From NCBI GenBank assembly GCA_009914755.4, contig CP068257.2, positions 26,368,001-26,432,000 of the forward strand: a DNA stretch of 64,000 nucleotides, given 5' to 3'. Under the pieces are notes generated by a model. It had not been told where the DNA came from, did not search any database, and was given only the letters and a program-made list of their open reading frames with translations. Positions 38,640 through 53,330 of this stretch are shown here, piece after piece. The number at the start of each line of letters is the position of its first letter. Positions within the stretch are counted from its first letter, which is position 1. This DNA is from the human T2T-CHM13v2.0 reference genome, Homo sapiens. The position numbers and the translations under genes were made by a program.

Positions 38640-41392
38640 CACTGCTGAATTACACCAATTGTTTAAGAAGAAACTGTAAAATTTTCCACAATCCCTGTCA
38701 GGAAGTAGAAAAAAATGAGAATGTTTCCTAACATTTTTTATGAAGACAGTGTTACTCTAATACTAAATATAGATAAAGCCCTTACAGAAAAGAAAACTAA
38801 AGATTATGAACACAGGTGAAAATTTCACATGAATACAGATTCAAAATTTTTCAATAAAATATTAACAAATCAAACAACAACATATAAAAATAATTCTACA
38901 CCATGATCAAGAAGGAATTACTCCAGGTATGCAAGACTGTTCTACATCCAGAAGTCAGTGTTATCTACCACATTAAAGACTAATAAAGAAGAAAATTGAA
39001 TAATTATATCAATAGATACAGAAAAAGCATTTGAAAATACATGAAACCTATTCATAATAAGAAGTATTAGCAAATTAGAAGTAGAGAGGATGGGAACTCC
39101 CTGTATTTGATGAAGACACCTACAAAAATCCTACAGGTGGAATCATATTTAATGTTGAGAGACTGGAAGCTTTTCTCCTAAGACTGGGAACAAGGCAAAG
39201 ATAACTTCTCTCATCATTTCTACTCAACATTGTACTAAAAGTCTTAACAAGTGCAATAAGACAATAAAAGAAATAAAAAAGATAGAAAAGGAAAAATTAG
39301 AACTATCTGTGCTGAGTTTATATTATTATCTATATAACAGATCTCAAGGAATTTGCAAAAACAAGAAGTTTTTTAAATCTAATTATAAGATCTCAGAAAA
39401 CAAGGTCAATATACAAAAGTTAGTTACTTATTAAGAAATTCATCCTTTGCAGTGAGCAATGAGAAACAATATTAGTTTCTAAAAATGCCATTTACAATTG
39501 CACAGACATGAAAATAAATACTGAGATATAAATCTGACAAAACTTTTTAATAATCTACATGTCTTTTACTACATGTGCAAAACTACAAAATTCTGATAAA
39601 AGAAATTACAGAAGATCTAAATAAAGTGTGATAAGTTCAACATTACTTCACTATTGTTAAGATGTTAATTCTTTCCTATTTGATGAATATATTCAATGCA
39701 ATCCCAATTTTTTAGAAAAATACTCCTTTTTAGATATCAACAAACATATATATAATGTTTATATGAAAAGCCAAAAAACCTGAAATACTCAATAAAAACT
39801 GAAAAAACATAAAGTTGGAGGATGCATGCTACCCGATTTTAAGACTTACTATAAAGGCACAGTGTCAAGACAGTGTGGTATTGACTAAAGAATTCACACA
39901 TAGTTCAATGGAACTAGTGGGTCCAGAAATAGGCCTCATACAAATATAATCAACTGATCTTTGACAAAGGAGCAAAATGCAATTCAATAGCAAAGGAATA
40001 GTCTTTGCAATAAATGTAGTGAGTGGTGCTGCAACAATGGGCTATCCTTCTGCACACACATAAAAAAATGAACCTGGAGACACGAACCTCAGAGCTTCAC
40101 AAAAAATCAACTTAGAATAGAACATAGATTTAAATGCAAAACTACAAATATAGGAGAGAATTTAGAAGACCTTGAATTTGGCCATAAGATTTTAGATACA
40201 ACCACAAAACGATTCTGTGAAAGCTTAGATGTTACTAAAATTAAAAACTTCAGCCCTGTGAAAGTCACTGTTAGGATAATTTTTAAAAAGTAATAGACTG
40301 GGAAAAAATTTGCAAGACATGCATCTGATAAAAGGCTTGTATCCAAAATATACAATAAACATTTAAGACTCAACTATAAGAAAACCACATTTGAAAGTTG
40401 GCAAAAGATTTAAATAGACACCTCATCAAAGAAGATACACAGATAGAAAATAAAGATGGTCAACATCATTTGTTACCAGAACATTGCAAATTAAAACAAT
40501 TAGGAACCACTACTTATTTATTAGAATTGCTAAAATCTAAAAATCTGATAATACTTAATACTGAGAAGAATGCAGAGTAACAGGAACTCTCATTCTTTTC
40601 TGGTGGAAATGAAAAACTGTACAGATTCCTTGGAAGACAACTTTTCAATTTCTTTTTTTTTTTTTTTTTTTTTTTCTGGGACGGAATCTCACTCTGTCGC
40701 CCAGTCTGGAGTACAGTGGCACAATCTTAGCTCACTGCAAACTCTGCCTCCCGGGTTCATGCCATTCTCCTGCCTCAGCCTCCTGAGCTTTTCAATTTCT
40801 TATCAAGCTAAACATATAATTCAGCAAGCATGCTCCTAGATTTTTACTAAACTGATTTGTTAATTTTTGCCCACAAAAATTCTATTTATATTTTTATAGA
40901 TGCTTTATTCATAATTACCCCAAACTGGAAGCAATCAAGACGTTCCCCAAGAGGAGAACAGATAGTCTGTGATACATCCATATGGTGAGATAATATTCAA
41001 TGATAAAAAGATAAGAGCAATCAAATCATGAAAAAAATGAAAGAATCTTAAATGCAAATTTCTAAGTGAAATAAGCCAATTTGAAAAGGATACAGACTAG
41101 TGATTCTGATTATGTGACATTCCACAAGAAAGAAACCTATCAGGGGTTGCCAAATGTTTGTGGGGAGTAAAGGAGGATGGAAGAATAATTGATGCACAAA
41201 TGATTCTTCTGTCAATAAAGCTATGATTATATGCTGTATGATACTGTAATGGTGGATACATGGCATTAGGTATTTGTCAAAACCAACAGAACTTTACAGA
41301 AGAAATAGTAAACCTTAATGTACGCAAATTTAAAAAGAAACATATAGTATGTCTGGAGATCCCTGACACCATCTAAGCAAAAAAAAAATCTA
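38640..41392 (+). mobile_element. L1 LINE (L1M-type), ORF2 RT domain through 3' end with terminal poly-A; interrupted by an Alu fragment
   Basis: ...gacttactataaaggcacagtgtcaagacagtgtggtattgactaaagaattcacacatagttcaatggaactagtgggtccagaaataggcctcatacaaatataatcaactgatctttgacaaaggagcaaaatgcaattcaatagc... matches the L1 ORF2 consensus. Confidence 0.8.
40653..40787 (-). mobile_element. 5'-truncated Alu (right monomer only, 135 bp) with 23-nt poly-T tail and perfect 12-bp TSD cttttcaatttc (40641-40652, 40788-40799)
   Basis: poly-T then ctgggacggaatctcactctgtcgcccagtctggagtacagtggcacaatcttagctcactgcaaactctgcctcccgggttcatgccattctcctgcctcagcctcctgag. Confidence 0.85.
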
Positions 41393-41857
41393 ACTGTATT
41401 TCACATGTGTGACACAACCTCACTGAAGTTGGTAGAGGAAGAAAATGTGCTAACCTAAGTTACTTTATATACGATATAAATGAATTTTATTTGTCTCATG
41501 AACCCTGTACTTTAGTTGACAAAAATGTTTTTGTTAAGAGGTAACTTAGGTTACAAGTGCTCTGCTGAATGAATTGATTAATGCCATTATCTTGAGAGTA
41601 GGTTAGCTACCTAGGAAGTGAGTTCTTGATAAAAGGATTAGTTCAGCACTATTCCTATTTCTCTGTCACATGCATACATGCTGTCTTGCTCTTCTGCCTT
41701 CCACCATGGGATAACACAGAAGGAAGGTCCTTGTTACATGTAGGTTCCTCAACCTTGGATTTCCCAGTCTCGAGAACTGTAAGAAATAAGTCTCTGTTCT
41801 TTATAAATTACCCAGTCTAAGGCATGCTACATTAGCACAAAACGGACTAAGACACTA

Positions 41858-41907
41858 TCTATCCATCTACCTATATGTCTATATATCTACCTAATCTATC
41901 TGGCTAT

Positions 41908-41960
<53 letters not shown>

Positions 41961-41968
41961 ATCTATCT
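41858..41968 (+). repeat. (TATC)n tetranucleotide STR, ~13 uninterrupted units at 41908-41960 with degenerate flanking units
   Basis: direct reading. Confidence 0.9.
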
Positions 41969-43016
41969 GTTCCCACCTAAGCAGGTGAAAGTAAGCTACC
42001 TTATAAAGCAGAAGATAATATACACATCAAAACACTCTCTTACCTAATAAAGACTGGTACGTTAAAGGTAGTGGTACACTGCTTTTACATCTCAATGTTT
42101 ATTTGCTCATTTGTTTTTCCCAACTGTGAACAAAATGTTATGAAAAAGCTATTATAATAGCAACTAGTATGCAGCTCCACCATCTTTAACTTAATTGGAG
42201 AGAGACATAAAGAAAAATGTTTGTTCTTAACATTCTTGCAAGAAGAAGCAATATGCAGAGAATGTTTTTTTCTCTCTCTCTCTTTCTCTGTGTTTATGTA
42301 TACATTCATTAATCTATACTTATATACATTAAAATTCAGTTTTTTAAAATAAGTAAGAAAATGGGTGTTTCAGTCAACTAAATATTCTAATTAATTCAAT
42401 ATTTTATCCTGTGAGATGTTCAAAAGATCAAATATTTTTAAAAGTCATAATAATCCCATAAAATTACTTAGATAGTCACTCTTTCTTCCTCATCTTTTGT
42501 CTAGGTCACTCCTACCATACTGAACATGAATTTGATAATTTTTTAATCTTATTCACGCACAAGCTTAGATTTGATTCCTTATTTTATATTTATAAACTAT
42601 TTTTGTCTTGCCGCTGACTTTTTTGTATCAGATTGAGTTTTATACTACTGTTTTATTTAAGCCCTTTCTTGCAATTACCATCATCCTGCACCAATATAGA
42701 AATTTCAGTGTGTTTCCTTCTTCCTTGAGCTCACAATGAGATCTCCTGTTATAGGCTGATGGCTACAGGCATATTTTACTGTCATAATTTTCACAGAACT
42801 CACACACTAATAATCCAAACTAACCCTAAAATTATATCAAAAAATTAATCTGATTAGGATGATAATTCACAGTCACATAGTGTTTTGGAATCTTTGTGGT
42901 GAAAATAAATTGTTCGTTTAAAACTATTGACTTAGAAGTCGGACTCTATTATTGTGTAATGACTGAAACCAGAAGTAACATTTTTCAATATATCTCTATA
43001 TAAAGAATATTCTCTG

Positions 43017-43386
43017 ATATGGTTTGGCTGTGTCCCCACCCAAATCTCATCTTAAATTGTAACTCCCACAATTCCCACATGTCCTGGGAGGAACCGGGTG
43101 GGAGGTGATTGAATTATGGGGGTGGATCTTTCCTACGCTGTTCTCATGACAGTGAATGAGTCTCATGAGATTTGATAGTTTTAAAAATGTAAGTTTCTCT
43201 GCACAAGCTCTCTTTTTGCCTGCTGCCATCCACGTAAGATGTGACTTGCACCTCCTTGTCTTCTGCCACGATTGTGAGGCTTCCCCAGCCATGTGGAACT
43301 GTGAGTTCTCCATTATACCTCTTTCCTTTTTATATTGCCCAGTCTTCAGTATGTCTTTATCAGCAGCATGAGACTAGACTAACACA
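43017..43386 (+). mobile_element. solo THE1-type MaLR LTR with 5-bp TSD ttctc
   Basis: tgatatggtttggctgtgtccccacccaaatctcatcttaaattgtaactcccacaattcccacatgtcctgggagg...cagcagcatgagactagactaacaca; ttctc on both flanks. Confidence 0.85.
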
Positions 43387-44794
43387 TTCTCATTTTGTGC
43401 GTTTTGGAGAAAAAATAATACGGCAAGAAATTCCATTTTTGAAAATTATTATTGCTTAAACTTTAGATAAATGGGAATTGACTGTGTTTGTTTACCCTAA
43501 CATGGACTAGGTGCTGGCAAATTACAACTGCAATTTTGTTTCTGCAGCCTCAAATTTAATCTTTTATTTTGTCAGATGTGGCTAGGTGAACAATTTCCAA
43601 AAAAAAAAAAGACTAAAATAGTGAGCCTTAAAAAATCCTATTTCTCTTCTAGACTTGGATCCCTAAGTACCAGTCAAGGAAAATATCTAATTTCTTCAAG
43701 GAAAAAGAGTTCATATTTCTTTTGAAACATATCATGTTGCCATAGTTACCAAATGCTCTCCTTTTATTTCCTAACAATAATATCACCATCTAGATACACA
43801 TAGCTTACAAAAGTAAATGTTTTATTGTGGAATTTTATAAGGACACAGGATCTGCTTCCAATGACTTTCAAAAAAATTAAAATGGAAGGATTCTTTCTAA
43901 TAAATACACCTGAGTTGAAATTAAATGTTTTCTGAGCAAGAGCATAGGAGAAAAGGAGGAGCAGAGAGAAACTGAAAAAGACACATACAGTTTTAACATT
44001 TCAAAGGTGAAGGTGATTTAAATTAGGATTTGGGCATGGCTGTTCTTCTCCACCCCAGTGTATATAAACATTCTCATATGGGTTGCCATGTCTCCAGGAG
44101 TGATACCTTCATCTGGACAGGCCATTAGAAATTAAAACATATTTACACATATACACATGCACATCTTAGAATAAGAAAAATTATAAACCAGCTTATTTTT
44201 ATTTGTCTTGCCAAATATAAACTTTAGAGACAAAATTTTAAATAAAGCAGCAACTATGAAAATAAATAATGAGATTCCTGTGTACAGAATTACGTAGTTG
44301 GGGTTTACATATTTGAAATCAAGCTCCAAGTAGAAACGAATCAGTTTTCTCTTTCTTTTCTCTTACTTTTTAAGAAGCTATCACAAGAATTTTATTTACA
44401 GGAATTTAAGGTGGAAACATATACCTTTTGGGGAGTAAATCATTACTAAAAACATAATTAATGTGGTCATTTTGAACAATATTATCAAATAGTTACCTCA
44501 ATGAATCATAAAAATCATCAAATATGTACATGATTTGAAAAATCTTGAAAACTAAGAAAGTTGAAATATGCAAAAAGTAAATTTCATAGTCTACCTTTAT
44601 AGATAAAACATCAATAGCTAATATTAAACTATAAGCATTATTATTAAAATATAAACATTAATTGAAAATTTAAAATTAAATTTAAAAATTAATTAATTTC
44701 TTTATATCTTCCTATTTCATACTTAAAAGGTTTCTTATTCTAGCCTACACGGTGTATCACAAACTGCAAATTACAATACTTGATGTTTTAATGC

Positions 44795-45002
44795 ACTATG
44801 TCGGGGGGTGGGGGGCAAGGGGAGAGAGGAAGAGCATTAGGACAAATACCTAATGCATGCGAGGCTTAAAACCTACATGACAGTTTGTTAGGTTCAGCAA
44901 ACCACCACGGCACATGTATACCTATGTAACAAACCTGCATGTTCTGCACGCATATCCCAGAACTTAAAGTAAAATTTAAAATAAGAAAATAATAATAATA
45001 AA
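44795..45002 (+). mobile_element. L1 (L1PA-like) extreme 3' end fragment with A-rich tail
   Basis: gtcggggggtggggggcaaggggagagaggaagagcattaggacaaatacctaatgcatgcgaggcttaaaacctacatgacag...cacatgtatacctatgtaacaaacctgcatgttctgcacgcatatcccagaacttaaagtaaaat. Confidence 0.75.
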
Positions 45003-45935
45003 GAATGTGTTATTTAAATGTAATCTTTAGCATTTCAGTTTTGTTTACTGGAGTAATAATCTCAATATTATTTTTAAATATAGAGAATTCAAAATTATTT
45101 AACATAAAGTATACTTCATTTTATTTGTAAAGTTTTACCCATCATTTTTAAAATGAATGATTTAGGCAGAGCATTACGGCGTTTGAGAAAAACTGGCCTT
45201 CATTGTAAGTTGACTGTAGGATTTATTGATACAAGCAAAAGATGCATAAAAAAGAAAACTTTTTCATAATTTTGTTTTTCAAAAACTTATATATGCATAT
45301 GTGTATGTGTGTATGTATGTGTGTATATTTAAATATGTATCATGTACTTTAGAGAGATTTTTACATCTAGTATGGCTCTTAGGATAAAGGCCATGATTCC
45401 CATAGTATAAGTTTTCTCGATTAAAAAACTAGCTTTGTGTGGTGGTGGGTGAGATGTTATATTGTTTACTTCTTCAAACTCTGTTGGCCTGCCTTAAACT
45501 TATTTTGGTTTATTATTGTTTGTATTTTTAATTGTATGCTTAGAGGGATCCTTTATCTTTCCAATCAGCCTTGTCCACGTCTGAATCCCATCTCCTTTCA
45601 CCTTGAGAATTTTTATTCTCAAGAGGTCAATTTTTTTTTCTGTCTTCTTACTCTCATTTCCCACTAGAGGAGGCTTATCTAATTATAAACAATAAAGAAA
45701 TGATTTTGAAATTATCTTTTTACTTATACACCCAAACAGGTATCTGTAGATTCTTTCTTATCTTTTGCTTACCCATTTCTGAAATGTTCCTATACCTAAA
45801 GCCAGATGCTTTTTTTTTTTTTTTAATCTGCTGCAGTCTTTTTGGACAACTTAGTCCTCTTCCAGTCGCTTCACCTCTCACTCATAACTTGCTGACTCCA
45901 GAATCTATAACTCTTTAATTATCTTCTGAGGTCCT

Positions 45936-45936
<1 letters not shown>

Positions 45937-45977
<41 letters not shown>

Positions 45978-45996
45978 TATATATATACACAATGTT
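45937..45996. repeat. (TA)n microsatellite ~25 units plus degenerate AT-rich extension
   Basis: direct reading. Confidence 0.9.
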
Positions 45997-47229
45997 TTAT
46001 TGAAACTTCCCAATTATTGCATGTCAGGTATTCTCATTTCACAGACCAGCAAACAGATACTTACAGAAGTTAAGTATTACAGCAGGTTTACTCAATTAGC
46101 ACATGTCCAAGCTAGTATTTAATCCAAAACTTTTGATTTTTTTTCTATTATACACGCTTTCTTTCCATTTTCTTGAATTCCAGTTTTGTCTACCAGGGTA
46201 AAGTAGGTGATTGTTAAAGAAGGGAGGCTTTAGAATTTCTATCTTTTTTATTTTTTATTTTTTTGGAACCCACTTGCATGAATTTTTCAGATTCCGGAAA
46301 TAATGCTTTGCAATGAATGAGGTAGTACTTTTAATTCTATATATTTTTGCCATAATGTCTATGCACCCAGACTGTGAAATAAATTGCACTGACCTGTGTC
46401 TTTAATGCCTGTCACTTAAAATTTTTCCAAACCACCTTAAATGTTGAAGTTCATAAAATTGGTAATGCTCGACGTGGGGGGAAAAAAAACAACAGAAACC
46501 ACTAAGATGTTCTACTTTATGGTCTCTGCATGACATCTAGTGGTTGGAACTGGAAAATTTGAGGAAATTATGATTTGTACCAGGGAAAATACAATCTGTG
46601 TTAGTCTGGAGTCCTCATTCCTAACATCAAAGGAAACATGATGTAGATATCCTTTACTTCCAAAGAGGTTGGCCACCGGAGGGTAGGCCTTTCTTAATCA
46701 TTTCTGTTTCTCAGTCTGTGTATCAGGGAATAACAATTTCTCTCTGTGTTAAGCAATCCGTGCTCACTGGGGCTTGTGAAACATTGGTCTGTAATGAGTA
46801 CCTACTTTTGATGGATATGAGTTGGATAATTATAAGATTCAAAAGTAAATAAACCCTTTGGTTTTCTTTCTTTATATGCAAGTATTAATGATACTAAATC
46901 TATGACCCTATTATTCAAAACTGTATTTAGGAAAACTTTTTGTATACTCCAGTTTTGATTCTTCTAAAGAGGTTATAAAATCAAGTAACTGCTTAGCTTT
47001 GAGTCTTAGGATAATATTGGGTGTAGGTCCTTGATAATCCAAGATTTAGGATCTGCCTACCAGAAATTTTAGTCAGCTTAGATAACTGACAATGGAAAAT
47101 AGTACATGATATGTTCTAAATAAATGACAAGCCAATATCGTAGGGATGCCGCAAAGGATTTGGAGTCCAAGAGGTCAGAGAAGGGATCACGAAGGAGGAT
47201 GGATTTGAACTGAGCTACAGTTGATAGAT

Positions 47230-47350
47230 GGGCAGCTTAAGGTATTGTTAAGCAAACAGGCAACAGAGTGAGATTCCTGGGTGTTGGCTTTCCTTCAGTG
47301 TGACCTTGGACAAACTATCTAATTGCTCCACATTTTACTTTCTGCATTTG
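47230..47350 (+). mobile_element. MIR-like SINE core fragment (tentative)
   Basis: tcctgggtgttggctttccttcagtgtgaccttggacaaactatctaattgctccac resembles the MIR core. Confidence 0.4.
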
Positions 47351-48332
47351 CATCACAGTACGTACATACATAGACACATAGCATCTATTTCTTGTGGTGA
47401 AGATTAGTATAATGTCTCGGTTGGCAAATTATCAGTTCTTTTTATTATAAATAAATTAAAAATGCAAATGTTTAGGTCAAGTGTTATTCTCTGAAAATGC
47501 ACAAAGAGAAATGAGCCAAGAGAAAAATAACTAATAACAAATAAATATATTTCTGACACCAAGACAAGTCCAAGAGAATTTAAAAAGTAATTATAAATAT
47601 TTTATGGTAATGTATTTCAAATATACATGCTGCAGATTCCACGATTTATGTCATGGGGATGGATCAGGAGTCCTTGAAACCTGGCACTTATTAATAAATG
47701 TTGTTTCTAATTTTCTATCACTGCAAGGTACTCTTATAGACACCATGTGAACAAATCAAATGTTACATCTCTGGGATTATAGGCTCATAAAAAATCAACA
47801 CCTAGGGCATAACTTGAATCACAGTAACTTCATGCATTTCAAATGGGATAAAGTCAGCCAAGAAGTGTTTAGGTTTGCAGTCGATTGCTCAAGATTATGG
47901 TATCAACCAACTCTGGAATTAACTTCTGGGATGAAGAGTAAGAAGAAAGTAAAATCACTCCACATAGGCTCAAAGGAGACTTTTGTTGAAGTGGATTTCC
48001 CCATGGTCTTTGAAGTGGGTGAGGCCTAGTGCTTGTTAAATCCAGGGGCCTTGTGATGAATGAAGTATAAGAGAGATTGCTGACAGATTTGAAATCCCAC
48101 AGTAGTTGTTTTGTCCTTTGCTTTGAGAAGGTTGGTGATAATTAAACTGCTTTTCCAGCAGAGTCTTTGTTCCTAACCCAAGTATCGTATTTAAAGAAGA
48201 GCCAAGTAGTACAGGCATTTTTTGATGATGACACTAATCTGACTCTGACCTATCTTCTTCCATGTTTATTTCCCAAAACATACACATTGGTAGTTGAAGT
48301 TATTTCCTATGAAGTGACCAAGTGACTTGGGG

Positions 48333-48334
<2 letters not shown>

Positions 48335-48374
<40 letters not shown>
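48335..48374 (+). repeat. (GT)20 perfect microsatellite
   Basis: direct reading. Confidence 0.9.
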
Positions 48375-48375
<1 letters not shown>

Positions 48376-50308
48376 ATATGTTTATGGATGTGCTTCAAGA
48401 AGGCTCAACCTTCACCTTCTCAGGATCATTTAGTTTCAATGTCATCTTTGCCTCTTTGTTATTTATCAGCAGGAGATAGCTGACCAAGCTCAGTGCTGAA
48501 CTCAAGCAACGCTGGCATGTCTACCCTTGATGTTTAACAGACCTGAACTAAACAAAGCATATTCAGTTTGAGTCATTTTAAATATTTGGTCACTTTTTAA
48601 CTCCATGTAAACCTTCTGGTTAAACCTTATTTCAAATAGTAAAAGAATCATAGCTTGAATATAGTGCCTGACTTATGACAGTTTCTCAATAAATAGTTTT
48701 GATTTATAATCCTAAAAGTAGGAGTACATTTGCTGCTGGAGGACAAATAGACTTAAAAATAATATGTAATATAACTTTACATCTGAAATAAATAATAACA
48801 CTATCATAGAGTTTAACTCTTCGTTGCCTGCCTTTTTAGCTTCCTTATCCTTTTAATTTCTGCTTCTTTTTTTGTTTCTTATTTTTCTTGTAAATAGGTA
48901 GGATCAGATATATAAATATCCAGCACGGGCTACGTGCTGGAGATGTAATCAGCATTTTGAGTGTCCTAACTACTCAAAACACGCTTTTAACACATGAGTA
49001 GAATTTGATATTTTAAACAGATTCAGTACTATATTTTCGTATGTTGATAACATGTAAAAAATCTATGTATTGCCAGTTTCTTTTTTTATCTGCTCCCCTT
49101 TTTCTATTGTATTTGTATTGAAATGTTAATTTTAACACATAATATGTATATAAATTTTAGATCCCTAACATTTTTAATAGTATGTACTTTTTGATCATAC
49201 CACAACTAGAGTTTCATAGCAAAGTTCCCTGTTTTATTAAAATCCACCAGGGGATGTTTTCATCTTGTGAAATAACTTAATTGCAATAAACCTGGGCTGA
49301 GCTAGTGCTTATGATTAGCATGTTGGCAATGATCAACTGATTAGGGATATATTGACATGTCAAAAAACGTGATGAGGGAAGAAAGGAAATTGCTGCTTCT
49401 CAGTGTTTGTAAGTGCCAAAACAGATATGTATTTTATATTGTGAGAAAAGGGTTGATGTGAATTTGTCTAAAGAGCAGGATGTGAAAAGTATTGTTTCTA
49501 TAAGAAAAAATCATCCTGGATTCACCAGTATGCAGAGAAAGCAACTTTATTCTTTTTTTCTCTGTCTCACTAAATAAAATCTCTAGCAGAACATACCACT
49601 CCTGATAATTACATGCTCAGCGATTGATGTTTTCACATTTCAAATGGTCCTACTCATTCAGTACCAATACATAGTCCAATCCATCATAAAAAGTCCAAAT
49701 GACAAACATGTATCTGTTTAACGTTTCTTTTCTCCCCTAACTTGGGCTCACTCCAGTGTTAGGAGCCTGTAGTGGAGGGAGAAATGTGATGGCTTTGTTT
49801 CCTTCTCCTTACCTTACTTTCTCTTCTGCTACCTTGCCTAACAGATAGGGCCCAGGTAAGCTGATATTTGGAGTAGTGAATACAGGCTTACGCGTATGGT
49901 ACACCAGAGATGGTGTTGGTACTCTCTGGACTTGGTGAATGAATGTTGAAAGTGGAATTGTCTTCCAGTAGGATGATAGTGAAGGTTACTCTTAGACTCT
50001 TTCTGGGGTCCTTTGGCCACTATTTTTTGAAGTGAGCCATTGGACTTCACCTTGTCTCTTGCTCTTGCTGCAGCTGCGTTTTCTCTCTTGATGGTAGTCT
50101 TGATCAAGATCCTTTTACAATAACACAAGCCTAGCATGTTCTTAAATCTAGTCCTTGAGAAATCCATGCTTTTGCTTTGTCATTGTAAAACACATAGATC
50201 GCTGTATCCTTGTTCAGTAAGCTACAACATACTCGTATCTCCTGAAATCCTGGGCTTAAATCGAGGTCTCAAAGGCTTTGTTTTGTTTTGTTGTATGGTT
50301 GTATGGGT

Positions 50309-50334
50309 GAGTGTGTGTGTGTGTGTGTGTGTGT
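50309..50334 (+). repeat. (GT)13 microsatellite
   Basis: direct reading. Confidence 0.85.
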
Positions 50335-52384
50335 TTATTCTCCTGAAATTCTCCTCCTCACTTGACTTAAGCTAAAAGATAAACGTCCTCTTCCTTTCAG
50401 CCACAGATGGTGATGGATAAATTGAATGTCATTCACATTATTCCCTTAAAATAAACTCTCTCCCTCCCCTCTCCCGTCTCATCCTTGTCCCTTTCTTTAT
50501 ATAATGGGTAATGCGTTAATGTCAGCAGAATAGTTTTGGGGCCATAATGGCAAGTATCACGTGGATGGTTTAGCATTGTTTTTAGAATGCTGTGAATTTG
50601 GGTATATGTGAGTTTTGGGGAAAGTTTTGCAACTATATGTTTGTTAATTAAATGAGGACTATAAAGTAATATAAAATTATGTTTCTGGAACATATTTTGG
50701 AAGCTATAAAGTCATCTGTATTTATTATCCACAGACATAATGTCATTGTTCAGGTCCTGCAACCTTCTTATAATCAACATACGTGGGCCCAGGGATTTTA
50801 TGTATCTTCGCCTTCCTAGTTTCCGTGGACAATCATTCCTCATACAAAAAGAAGGAATTACCCATGATTTAAGATCTTTTCAAAGTGATCCCCAATAATG
50901 ACATCTGCATTATTTTAGCTTGGAAATATCAAAGCAACAAAGATACAGACCTCTGCACAGTTGGCTGCATGTTTTGAAAGATAATGTTCCACAGGCTAGT
51001 AATACATCTCTACAGGCTGAATTATGGAGAGGAGGTGAGGAAAATGAAATGAAACCGAGATGATAAGTAGAAAAGTTAAAAAAAAAAAAAAAGTAGTAAA
51101 TTTCATAAGTCAGACGCAAATGCTAAAGAGCTTGAGTTTCTTATAAGAAATAGCACCGGAGCAACAACAGGAGGGAAAATATGTACCTTATGTGCAAAAA
51201 TATCTTCTTCCTGGATTTCAGAAACTAATAAAATTTTAGTAGATTTTAAATGCAAAATCTTATTACCAAGTGTGTTTTCAATAACACCCATTATTATTAA
51301 AATTTTATATAAAAGTGAAAAATGCCAGCTATTGAAATGTAAGCATAATGTTTTTAAATTAAAATCTGTAATTCTTCCACCTAAGGTGCTGTTTTACAAT
51401 GCCTTCTTTTTTCTTTCAAAATCTGTCTCACTCAATAACTGGCTTATTTCTAAGACACTAAACACAATGATAAGGAGAGAATAATTGTTCTATGCCTGAT
51501 TTTCTTTGAAAAGTATGATGAATTTCAACAGTAGCTATTGTAAAATTGACTGATATGTTTGAGGATATTGAAGTATATGTAATACTTTAATATGAATTAT
51601 TTTGACGTGTCACTTACTGGTAGTTATTCAAGCCTGGCATTTTCTGCTCTCAAATAAAATTGAGGCATATGGATTAATTTGAATTGCAGCTAATGTGTAA
51701 TTCGTAAAGAAACTGTTCTGACTCAAAAGCCAATTAATGCATTTGCCTTACATATATAACGAACTATTGAAAGACAAATGCAGCACTCTTCATTACGTTT
51801 TAATAGATTCTAAATTCCCAACATACACTAAGGTTAGAATTTTCTCAAAATAGTGATTCTCAGTATAAATGTTACATATTGTTTCACTGTGCTTTGCATT
51901 AATATTTCTAAATCCTTAAAAGCAAAGGCAAATTAGCAGTAGTATAGGATTTAGGGCCTTAGATATTTAAGTTTTCCCATACTTAGATTGAAAGAAGTAA
52001 TATATTTTTTAACAATGCAAATTATTTTTATCATTTTAGACTATGTCTTAGATTTTTATACATATTAGTATGTCAACATATAATTTAAAAGATATTCTAA
52101 GGTAGGAAAATTGTACAGGCAAGGCTAGAAGAAATGTATAATAGTTAATGTGGTCCCTTAGGGCTAAAAAAATCAAAAAGCCATTGGCACCCATGGGCCT
52201 AAAGGGACAAAGAGAGAGACTGATTAGTAGCACACATAGAAAATAGCCATAGTCAGAGCTGCTTGACAGGGGCTGCAACATTCAGTGGATGAATGTGGAG
52301 AATAAGTGGTAACTCAGCAGAGAGAGCAAGGGGGAGAAATGTTCAAACTTATTGTCTATTTGCAGAAGACATTGTCTTATATAT

Positions 52385-52748
52385 TGATATGGTTTGCCTG
52401 TGTCTCCACCAAAATCTCATCTTGAATTGTAGCTCCCATAATTCCCACATGTTGTGGGAGGAACCCCAGTGGGAGATAATTGAATCATGAGGGCAGTTTC
52501 CTCCACACTGTTTTCATGGTATTGAATAAGTCTCACGAGATCTGATGGTTTTATAAGGGGAAACCCCTTTCCCTTGGCTCTCATTCCCTCTTTGCCTGCT
52601 GCCATGTGAGATGTGCCTTTCACCTTCTGCCATGATTGTGAGGCCTTCCCATCCACGTGGAACTGTGAGTCCACTGAATCTCTTTTTCTTTGTAAATTAC
52701 CCAGTCTCAGGTATATCTTTATCAGCAGCATGAAAACGAACTAATATA
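52385..52748 (+). mobile_element. THE1 5' LTR
   Basis: see parent element. Confidence 0.85.
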
Positions 52749-52877
52749 GTAAATTGGTACCGAGGTAGTGGGGCACTGCTATAAAGATACTCTAAAACGT
52801 GGGAGCAACTTTGGAACTGGGTAACAGGCAGAAGCTGAAACAGTTTGAAGGGCTCAGAAGAAGACAGGAAGATGTGA

Positions 52878-53330
<453 letters not shown>

